A stretch of DNA of 63,034 nucleotides, the filler included, from Octopus bimaculoides (lineage: Eukaryota), in assembly GCF_001194135.2 (NCBI RefSeq). It is 5 parts of 5 records of this genome, joined end to end, with 100 filler letters (N's around TTAATTAATTAA, not from the genome) between each part and the next. Parts side by side here need not be neighbours in the genome. Positions count along the whole stretch, not along the records: positions 52,144 to 63,034 come from NC_068983.1; 4 more parts are not named here. One strand, written 5' to 3'. The notes below the pieces were generated by a model that made no database searches, was not told the origin of the DNA, and worked only from the letters and a program-made list of their open reading frames with translations. Below are positions 52,786 through 63,034 of this stretch, piece by piece (position 1 is the stretch's first letter; every line of letters begins with the position of its first letter). The position numbers and the translations under genes are program-made.

Positions 52786-53175
52786 ACACATATAAAGCAG
52801 AGAATATCATAGTGGGGAAACAAACATGGTGGATATATATATAGAAAGAGAAAAAAAACACAAGATTTATTTTACAAGATTTAAGAGTACATTAGAGCCA
52901 TGATAATGAAGATATACAATTTTGTATAAAATAAGGTTTCGTTCTTTCAACATAATTGAAGTAAGGACCGATTTCGCATTGTTCATCAAGCTGAGAGTTG
53001 AATATCTTCATTATCATGGCTCCAATATACTCTTAAATCCTGTAAAACAAATCTGTGTTTTTTCCATCTTTTCTCTTTCTATGTGTGTGTGTTTGTGTGT
53101 GTGTGTGTTGAATAAAATGAGACGACAAAGCTTAGGCTGCATGGAATATTTAGGACATTTATAAAGAGAAAGTTA

Positions 53176-53223
53176 GTCTTACAGCTGTTTTTGGGATATT
53201 AGGGATATCCCTTCATCAGAGAC
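53176..53223 (-). ncRNA. Minimal type I hammerhead ribozyme-like motif (G12 mutated)
   Basis: GTCT-CTGATGA-A-GGGATAT-cccta-ATATCCC-A-AAAA-CAGCTG-TA-AGAC. Confidence 0.55.
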
Positions 53224-54399
53224 GATGTGAGAGAGTTAAATAGAGGGAAATAGTAGAGTTCAATATAAGGAGTTATTTTAGAAAAGGATGGAAATCAGAA
53301 GTATAAAGGGAAATAACAGAATAAAAGTAAAAGTAAAAATATATGTAGGATGTTATAGTAGCAGTTCCCTTATCCAAGGAAAGTAGTGTGTAGAAATGGT
53401 AGAAATGCTTCGGCAATCCTTCGGTACAAGTTCTCTAAATGCCAAATCGTTTGACAATCGTTTGACAATCGTTCGGCAATTTCCGTAAAGAAAGAGGGAA
53501 AGGACGTTAGTCAGTGATAGCATTATGGATAAACAATAAAATTGAAATTCTTAATGCATCTTACTTGTTTGATTTGTTACTAAAATGATCCCAGATAGCA
53601 ACCAACAAAAATTTTGCCACTTTTCATGGCGAGGTTCATTAATTTGAATTAATAAAATACAGGTATAACCGGTACAAGATTTTATTGTTTCGGTAAATAT
53701 TTCATACCTCAGTGTGGAATAATTTTTTCCACTGTTTTTATTGGGTGCATTCAGTGTATCTGACCTTTAAATCTGTCGCAAGCCACTTTTTTCTGGAAAA
53801 GAAAGGTGGGAGGGGTGTTGGCGACTTCAAAGTTTCCCACCAAGGGAGTTTCGTTTTGTGGGTCATTTTTCATTTCTAGGTTATTTTGCATGCTTTCAAT
53901 GAATGTGACATCGAAATCATGCGTAAGCGGCTCCTTTTTCCAGAAAAGGTAAGATTTGGCTACTATTTTTAGCATGCCCTGCTACCACATAACAGCTATT
54001 TGCATTCACACCGAAATGTTTACCAACTTTTTTCCTTCCATTTATTTTTTCCACTTTATGGAAGTCAATATTTTCTCTGTTGACATCCACCTCAGCAAGG
54101 TCATGGATCAAGTGAAAACACATCAATCACTGTTCCCTCTTGACAGGACAAAGAAATTTCCTGCTGTCTTTGCAAGCAACAAGCGGATGGATTTGGTTTC
54201 AAATCCAGGCAGGGCCAAACGAGGTCTTACAAGTTATTTATGATAATAAGTGACGTTATATCTGGGTTGATAGAATGATGCTTACATTATTAAATATTCT
54301 AAGACAATATGAAAACAATAGAAACTTTTAAACGTTTACTGGTTTTTATGAAATTTTTGGGTTAACAGACTTGAGTTAATGGAAGCTAAATGTAATGGA

Positions 54400-54488
54400 A
54401 ATCAATTAGATAAAAGTTAAATCGTTAACAAAAATGTTAACTTTGTTAATTAACGATTAATGGATTAATGGACTTACACCCAGCTCTG
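54400..54488. mobile_element. Possible hAT-like element terminus
   Basis: Minus strand begins CAGAGCTGGGTGTAAGT followed by clustered TTAAC/GTTAA subterminal repeats. No partner TIR was found. Confidence 0.3.
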
Positions 54489-54644
54489 TATGTATGTATA
54501 NNNNNNNNNNNNNNNNNNNNNNNNNNNNNNNNNNNNNNNNNNNNNNNNNNNNNNNNNNNNNNNNNNNNNNNNNNNNNNNNNNNNNNNNNNNNNNNNNNNG
54601 GGGGGGGATTTTATATATATTTATAAATAGAATGAAAAATACAC

Positions 54645-54900
54645 ATTGTGTACAGGACATCACCAACGAGTGAAACATAGGTAAACACACGAGAGATAAG
54701 TACAGGACAAAATACCAAAAGAAGATAACTTCTCATCAGTTGTCGGATTGTTTATTACTCCTCTTTCATGCTTTTAACAATATAGGGAACTTCATAGGAC
54801 AGCAGCATCCAGAAATTTTAAAAATATAAAATTCATGGAGAGTTAGATCTTCGAATGAACAAGCAATGACAGAGTGGATGTACAGAGTAAACAATCGCCG
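54645..54900. repeat. Repeat family E, diverged copy
   Basis: gtgtacaggacatcacc...ttctcatcagttgtcggattgtttattactcctc. Confidence 0.65.
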
Positions 54901-55019
54901 AAGACAAACATTAAGGGCGATTATATATGCAAACTTTAGGTTAGTTAAACTATGTTTGTGATAATTTTCAACTTCTAAAAGGCAAATAAACTGCAGTTTC
55001 TGTGGTGAAAAAATTCTGT

Positions 55020-56715
55020 CTCATGGTAAAAGGTGTGAATACACCATATCTGTCCAGTGCAGCACCCTGACAATCAGCTTTATGTTGGCATATATAGTGA
55101 TGAATCTGCTGCCATTCCTGAATCTAATTTTGATGCTGGTTTTGTTAGCATGATTGAGAACATCATGGTGAACAGCATAGGTGTGAGTACACAGCCTTGC
55201 TTGACCGGTGACTGGGAATACAATGGAAGAATCTTCACTGTCCAATACCCTAGCAAACATGCTGTCATGAAGCTGGCTTACTATGCTAATGAATTTGTCT
55301 GGGCAGCCGAACTTTCTCATGATCTTCCAAAGCCCCTCATGACTACAAACGTCATGTATAGATCCTTGTTATGTTCCTGATACTTTTCCTGGATTTGACA
55401 TATTGCAAAGATCATGCTAACTGTCCCATGGGCCGCTCTGAATCCACATTGACTCTTTGGTAGATGTCTGCCTTCCATGAGGTGGTTAAGGAGGACTTTT
55501 GTGAGTATCTTGTCAGCAATGGCAATGAGAGAAATTCCTTGGTGATTCTCACAAGACTGCCTGTTCTTTCTCATGTAGAGATGACAGTAGAAACATCCTT
55601 GAATCCATGAGGAGCAATTTCCTGTTGCTACTGGGTTTGAAAGAGGTTGGTGAGCTTTTGTGCCAAGACTTTCCCTCTCCCCTGCTTTGTATATTTCAGC
55701 TGGGATGGAGTCAGAGCCTGGTACCTTACTATTTGAGAGAAGTTTAATTGCTTTCAGAACCTCTGTTTCTGTTGGAGACTGTGCCAGAGAAGTGTAGATG
55801 TGAACTTGGGGCATATGAGCAATGACCTCATTGCTGATAGAGGAAGGCCTGTTTAGGACTTTGTTGAAGTGCTAAACACATCTTTTCAGGATTGCGTTTT
55901 TGTCAATGAGGAGAGTAGTCCTGTCAGCACTGAGCAGTGGTGATGTTTTAGAGGATTGCAGCTCGTAGATGGTTTTCAAGGCATTGTAGAAGCATTCAGA
56001 ATTGTTGCTGTCAGTATACTTCTGTATCTCATTTGTCTTGTTGCTGAACCAGGAATCCCTCACCTCTTTGAGTTTTACCTGGACCTTGCTTTTGATAGCA
56101 TTGTAGGCTGTTTTCTTGGAACTCGATGTGCTGTCTTAGTGGGAGACTCTGTAGGCTTCATGCTTCCCACTGAGCAGCTTTTGAATTTTTTTATCATTTC
56201 CTTCAAACCAATCTTAGCGTCTATGCATGTCATGGCCCAGATAAGTGAGTGCAGTGTTGTACACCATGTCTGTGAACACCACTCACTCTTCTACTGCCTT
56301 TGCACCAATGTTGAGTTGGCTCAGCTTGGTGCTCAGGTTTTCACTGAGGTTCTGTTTCACATTGTGTCATTCCAGTTTGCTGATGTTTAATTGTTTGTTT
56401 GCCAGCTTTCTTTGTGGTCACAGCCTGGTATGGATGTGAATGTCAAGTTTTGTGAGGATAAGTCTGTGATCTGTCCAGCATTTTGCACCACACATGGCCA
56501 TTGTCACCTTAATATCCAGCTTGTCTCATCTCCTGACTGTGACATAGTGTATTAGATGCCACTGCTTGTTGTGTGAATGCATTCAGGACATCTTTTTGCG
56601 GTTGGGCAGGTGAAACACTGTGTTGCTGATCAGCAGGTCATGTGCTGCACAGGTCTTCAGCAGTAGATGATCATTGATGTTGCTCTTGCTAACTCCGTTT
56701 CTCCCAGTGACCTCA
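55020..56715 (-). mobile_element. Second RTE-clade (BovB-like) LINE fragment (APE C-terminus to RT domain 4)
   Basis: CWTDHRLI, KVPGSDSIPAEIYKAG, NHQGISLIAIADKIL, SQCGFRA, FGCPDKFISIV, VKQGCVLTPMLF. CpG-depleted. Confidence 0.9.
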
Positions 56716-59441
56716 GTACTTATTTCTTACAGTCTCTTTTGCCAAACTAGGTTACGGGGGTGTAAATAAATCAGTACTAGTTGTTAAGTGGCAGGAGGAT
56801 ATGCACAAACACAAAGTCACACACACATAACTATGTATAAAAACATGCATTTCAGTCTTTGTGATGTACTTTTTGGCAATGGTTGGGAGTCACTGTGAGA
56901 AATCAGCAATAGGTGTGTGGAGGTCACCATGAGAGATCAAAGATAGTTGAATAAATGAAGGAGCCTTTATGTGGTTGCTAATCTTTTAGAAGCAGCAGCC
57001 CAAGCAACATATCCTTCAGTGTGGTCCCAGGTTCTCTTCACAAAGTAAAAAGACTTGATGGTTATGAATAAAACTTCTTCGATCATAGTTCTGTTCGATC
57101 ACAGCAGGTTTAAAGGATAAACAAGTACAATAACAAAAATTGTAAATACCTAGCATTTATAGCAATTTTGAATGTTTTATTTGCGTGTCCTCCATAATTA
57201 GAATATAGATGGGGAGGTACAAGTTTGTAGTGATTGTGTATTTGTACTGTTGAAAGAATTTAAGTTATCTTTGTTGGAAAATATTCTCCAGGTCATTGCT
57301 AACTGAAACAATATATGTCTGACATTAAGTGTTTATATTGTTGATGACACCTGTCTGTGGAAGTTCAAGATGATGTAATGAGTGCTATGAATTACTAAAG
57401 AATATGTGTTGCTAGAAAAATATAAAGAATGCTGTAAGTTTTTCAAAATAGTAGCTTAAAAATATCTCAATGATAAAATATCTACAATGAATGTTCAAAA
57501 GTGTTCACTACAATATTTAATACAGATCTTGATCTCTTACAATAAGAATACCTAGTTGCTGCCAAACCTGTTCTGTTGCTGTTGTTATTCATATCTAGAT
57601 TGACCTTGAATGAGCAGACCTAATCAAAGGCATTCTGTCCTGTAATTTGGGGGGTTTTGTTTATCAAATATATCCTTTCATTATTTTGATGACAGAGTGC
57701 AATTGAAGAGAGATTTGTCTGCTATTTAGAAGGTCGAGTGCCCTTTTTGGCTAGTCAACTTTGTCCTGTTGTTTAACGACGCGTCATGTTCATTTAGAGA
57801 GTCTGAAAATAAGAGCAAGCATTGCTTTATGGTTAAGAAATTTGCTTTACAACTAAATGCTAACCTAGGTTCTTTTGACTTAAATGGATATAGAAAACAG
57901 TATTTTCTTCATGTTTTATACCTATTTTAATTAGACTTCATCTATTCTATGCTATATAATTTTGTAGTTTTACTGTAGATATTATTTCATCATAGTTTTC
58001 TGCTTGTAGATCTACCCTTTTCACGTGTACACAATAAATACATTACTGTACTGAATTTTGGGTGGTGCATTCTAAATGTGGCCATTGTTATTTTTTCATT
58101 TTTTCATGTTTTCTTATCTTAGTGTCTAGTTGCGAATAGTATAACCATAACTTATTACCAGAGCAGCTGCAGACTGGCGCCTAACACCTTATATCTTTTT
58201 AACTAATTTTCATTTTGTAATAATCTAATGCATGTATAATATTTCTTCAAAGCGACTTCTTTTACCTGTGTAGAGTACACTGTCTTGTTCATTAATTCCT
58301 AAATATTTATAGTTTTCTTTTCGCTGCTTCTTTATATAACATATTACTGTATTTTTTTTCTAGTTTATTTTCCTTTTTTCAAAGGTAGCTAGCATGATTT
58401 TCTTAGCTAGTTTTCATATAAATTCATTTAATTTATCTGTGTAATCTATGCAAAAGTATTTTATAGCTGCAGTGTAGGTCATCCATATACAAAATATGGC
58501 CGATTGTTCTCACATAGCATTTATGTCAGAGTCCAATCTGGTTTAATACATTGGTTAAATGCACTTACATCAAACAAATCACTATTTTGCTTATTTTAAA
58601 AAGAATTATTTGCCCTTGATACATATTATTGGTACTACTTTCTTCACAGCTAATGTTACTTGAATTTATCTTGACTAGATGCTAAGATGAGAAACTCTGT
58701 TAATAGTAGACAGTCTTTGTTATGCTTAGCCCCAGGATCAGATTTAACCCATGGTGGTGAGAGAGCGGGAGAGGGGCACTTCAAATTCAGTGGGCCCCTT
58801 ATACACAAGAATTAAAATCTTAGAAAATTACCAAATTTACATCTCAAAACCCATCTATTTCAAATAATTTAATTTAATGAGTTAGCAGAGAAAGTTTAAA
58901 TAAATGACTGAAAATCTTGCTTTATAGATACACTTTTGCAAAATTCAAATTTCATTTTGCACACATCCACTTGCAGTGTTTGCCTTTTCCCTCATTGTGT
59001 AAAGTACAATGGAGGGAAGTGTTTTTTTTTATTGTGCGTTACAGACGTTTCAGAATGTAGAATAAGGTAAAATGAGAGAAAATTACGAAAAAGCAAAAAA
59101 AAAAAAAAAAAAAAAGGTTGTTGTTGTTCCAAAGGCATGATGAGTGTGTGTGTGTGTGTGTGTGTGTTTGTGTGAGAAAGAGAGAGGGTGGGTAGAGATA
59201 CCATCATTTAAAAGACATGGATTTAAAAAATTCTTCTTTTAAAACGGCTTCCCTTCATTGTTTTGCAATGCGTGAAAACATAAAAAAGTGGGGGAAACCC
59301 TGATAAAAATGGGGAAATTCAAACAGTTATTTCCAAAAGTCTGCTTTTCCAGTTTCCAGTAAGAGTAGGTGGGGCACAATGAGTAATACTTACTGCATTT
59401 TTGACATTGAAGAAAATATATTTTTTGCAAATGTTCACTAC

Positions 59442-59841
59442 CTGCATGGCACCTTGGGCAAGTGTCTTCTACTATAGCCTTGGGCCGACCAAAGCCTTGT
59501 GAGTGGATTTGGTAGAGGGAAACTGAAAGAAGCCCGTCGTATATATGTATGTATATATATATATATTTATATATATATATATACATATATATATATGTGT
59601 GTGTGTGTGTGTGTATGTATGTGTGTATATGTTTGTGTGTCTGTTTGTTCCCCCAACATCGCTTGACAACTGATGGTGGTGTGTTTACGTCCCCGTAACT
59701 TAGCGGTTCAGCAAAAGAGACTGATAGAATAAGTACTAGACATCCAAAGAATAAGTCCGGGGGTCGATTTGCTCGACTAAAGGCAGTGCTCCAGCATGGC
59801 CGCAGTCAAATGACTGAAATAAGTAAAAGAGTAAAAGAGTA
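59442..59841 (+). mobile_element. SINE family A, 5'-truncated, young
   Basis: Near-identical to 8335-8680, including the (gtaaaaga)n tail. Confidence 0.9.
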
Positions 59842-60694
59842 CCTTGTCAAAACTATATCAGTGAAGTAAAGACCTCTAAACGCAGTAAAATCTATAACAT
59901 ATTCAGACCACTATTTCAGAAAATTATCACTGTTCTCTTTGAGTACATAAAAGACAAATTTAGGCGGGGTAAAATGGGTAAGACAAGATAAGGTAAATAT
60001 GCCCTTCTAGTTCCCTAGAATTGAATTTGAAGAAAGACTCATACGCATAAATATCCATCCTTAGACATCATAAATGCAACAAAATTTAAGATATCTTGGT
60101 CAAATGAAAGAGGATTATGGAAAAATAGCACTTATGAAATTAATGAAATTCAACATAAAATATTTTTATAGCTTCTTCACCATATCTTCTTTGCTGAAAA
60201 TTATCCAGATATTTTATTAGCTACCTCAATTACAATCGGGTCAAATTTGAGGAAAAATTTCTTGAAAATAGTACCTTTCAACTATGTTTTAAACTCTCAA
60301 CTTCAACAACAACTATACAGACCAATCTTTACTCCCAAATGTAAATAATCTTCATTTTCTTTGTTTATACTATCTTGTTGTTAAGTTTTACCTTCGGAAT
60401 GGTCTTTTGTTGGTCTGTAGGAGCAACTGAAGGAAACTCTGCTGAATACGTGAAGCAGTGTGCTGTCATTTGATTAAGAAAAACCATTGGGAAGCAGCTG
60501 CTTATTGTTCAAGACTGAGTGTGAGGTGAGGAGAGAAGCAGCGATAATACATTTATTTCATCATAGCTGACATCACAGTATATGTGGTAGTTCATTATAA
60601 GAATGACATTTAAGAGCATTGGTATGATACTGACCCCAAATTCATCTTCTTTGAAGTGCAATATGAGAAAGTTATGAAATATGACATGTGAAGA

Positions 60695-60869
60695 AAATTT
60701 GAAACTGTGCTACTTTGGTAGCACCCTTTCTGCGAGTTTCCTTCATTTCTCCACCACAGCGATGACATGGTGCAACATCATCATCTTCATTTAAAAGGCC
60801 ATTTCTTCGTAAAAATGCAACTGCCTTTGTCTCATCTGTGATCTCCTTGTAGAACTCTTTAGCCAACAT
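60695..60869 (-). mobile_element. Merlin/ISXO2-like transposase N-terminal fragment
   Basis: MLAKEFYKEITDETKAVAFLRRNGLLNEDDDVAPCHRCGGEMKETRR. Confidence 0.55.
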
Positions 60870-61099
60870 CTTGAGGGTTCTTTAGATATTCTGATATCAA
60901 TAAGCAGGTAAAATCACAGAAGGCAGCACGGGTCGGCTGTCGAGACTGATGTCTATGCCGGACTGAAGTGTGTTGTTGATGTGCCTTGTTGAGTCGGAAC
61001 TGGAGCTTTGACACTCGAACAGACATTCCACTTATGCTTCATACTCTCTAATCTACCGTCATAGCTAGATTAAATAAGAAGAATATAAAATTAGCCAGA

Positions 61100-61194
61100 A
61101 TTGTTAATAATAATAATAATAATAAATAATGATGATGATGATGATGATAATAATAAAATTATTAATAATAATAATAATAACAATAATAATAATG

Positions 61195-61244
<50 letters not shown>
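61100..61244. repeat. (TAA)n/(TGA)n microsatellite
   Basis: Directly visible. Confidence 0.95.
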
Positions 61245-61247
<3 letters not shown>

Positions 61248-61621
61248 GATAGAGAAATTAAGGCCAATAGACCAGATATAGTTGTCAAAGATCATGAAGG
61301 AAAGATAGAGAAATTAAGGCCAATAGACCAGATATAGTTGTCAAAGATTATGAAGGAAAAAAATGCTTTCTAATTGATGTATCAATACCAGCAGATGACA
61401 ACGTTTCCCTAAAAGAAATGGAGATACTTCCAAAATACAAAGACCTGGAAATAGAGGTAACTCGAATGTGGAATCTAAAAACAGAAACAATTCCTATCAT
61501 AGTAGGTGCCTTAGGTATAATAAAAAAATATTCAGACAAATACATAACAAAAACACCAGGACTTACAAATATATATAACATACAGAAAATTGCACTACTG
61601 GGCACTGCACACATCCTATGA
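61245..61621 (+). mobile_element. R4/Dong-clade non-LTR retrotransposon: restriction-like endonuclease fragment
   Basis: REIKANRPDIVVKD...CFLIDVSIP...KYKDLEIEVTRMW...PIIVGALG...QKIALLGTAHIL is the PD-(D/E)xK RLE signature. Confidence 0.88.
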
Positions 61622-63034
61622 AGTAATAATAATAACTTCTTAAACCTATAATATAACCCTTAGTTAAAAAAAAAAAAATTAGTGTAAAATTAGAATGTCC
61701 CATAGCTTAAATATTCCTTTAGCTAATAACAGGTATCAGCCTTTTATTGATACTAGCTAAATAAGTAAATATATAATTTTTTGTCTAATATATTTTGAAT
61801 TATTATACATTTTCTATAAATCTTCTCTATTGTTGTTAATAAGCTACAAATACTTTACCATGTTTTTAGTAATTAAGATATTTTATTCCTTTTCTATGGT
61901 GCTCTGCCCTACCTGATTATTTTATTTCTTTATTATTTTATAATTAGCCTTTATTTATTTATAAAATAAATCTAATTTTTATACATCTATAAATTCATAC
62001 TTAGCTTATAAAAAACAATACTGGTATATTCACTACTTATAATAAACTGCTTAGTTTATAATTTAATTAATATATAGTTAGCATGTTCTTTTACTTCAGT
62101 ACTCCTTTATTAAATACCAGTATATACCAATTAATAAATATTCACAGATACCATCTGATGAGTTAGTATTTAAGTGTATAATGTTTAAATATTAAACTAT
62201 TTCTGGATAATTTCTTTTCCTCCCTCTATTCTGGTAAAATTTTGGTATATACTCAAAAGTGTTCAAGAATTTTTTTATCCTTTTGTTATAATATTCTGCT
62301 TAATTCTTTGATTAACCATAAATTTTAACTGTATACAATATAGCAACATTGTTTAAAATATTTAACTATAATACTACATGATAAGATTTCCCTAGTTTCA
62401 TTATCAATGGTCTGCTAGTGGCCCCCCCTAATTGTCAGCTAACATCTTGATTTAAGTTTTCCTCTACCAAACCTCATGATATTGCTTTTAATAAATCTTC
62501 ATTTTTATGACTATACCCACTATGGTTTCTGTCTGCTCCTTCAGCCCTAACCCTAACAGATACTGCCCCTTGTTCTCTCGGCCTTAGATATACCAGAATT
62601 TGACAAAATTAGTCTATAAATTAAAACTGACCCCATAAAAACCAGTGACAAGCAAAAATCTATAACAAGTCTTTCTTCCTGATACCTTAGTAGCTTCTAA
62701 GCTGAAGGGAAGGCAGCATGTTCTTTGTCTATCTCCTTAACTTCTTGGAGATTTTAGGTAAAATTATACTAATGTGTCCATCTGTTTTAATTTAATTAAA
62801 TTCTATGTCTTTGTGCAGCTGAAGATTGCTCTGCATTTAAATTGATGTAATGATTGCATTGTTCAATTAAATGGAGTTACGTGAAACGATCGTACTGCAT
62901 TACCTCTGGATATCCTTGTTGCTTATTTTGATTTAAATCACCTTATTTTGAAATTGTATGGATAATACCGTACTAAATTCTGGTGCCTCAACTTAAGTAT
63001 CATTTTCATCTGTATCTATACGTATATATATGTT

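Noticed and set aside
61640-62780. Very AT-rich, possibly CR1/L2 endonuclease remnant on the minus strand
   Set aside because: Only vague motif resemblance with stops throughout; it cannot be supported without a profile search.
1-63034. CRISPR arrays, operons, prophage or other prokaryotic systems; functional tRNA or rRNA genes
   Set aside because: No regularly spaced repeat-spacer arrays or gene-dense coding regions. All tRNA-like sequences are SINE heads with broken stems, and the rRNA match is only 79 bp.

Overview
AT-rich eukaryotic (metazoan) draft-assembly DNA, not prokaryotic. It is inferred to be cephalopod, most likely Octopus, from my recognition of the tRNA-derived SINE families and the very high microsatellite load. 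I can support no host protein-coding gene; most ORFs in the supplied track are translations of microsatellites or N-gaps. The window is a transposon graveyard. DNA transposons: four Tc1/mariner lineages (Tc1 DD34E x2, mariner x2 including a near-intact DD34D copy, maT DD37D), an internally deleted Helitron, two Merlin/ISXO2-like N-terminal fragments and a possible hAT end. LINE fragments: RTE x3, CRE-like, Tx1/L1-like, R4/Dong-like and a degenerate RT. There are also dozens of SINE copies from at least 3-4 families and a 79-bp 28S rRNA fragment. The most notable observation is three unrelated minimal type-I hammerhead-ribozyme folds of the Penelope/retrozyme 'dimer-cleaving' type (1544-1594 +, 13524-13565 +, 53176-53223 -), plus one weak candidate. 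Also notable are an R4/Dong endonuclease fragment sitting in a (TAA)n tract and a sharp CpG-decay mosaic. Four artificial N44-TTAATTAATTAA-N44 joins mean contiguity across the window is not guaranteed. All family assignments come from manual motif recognition, and boundaries are approximate unless stated.
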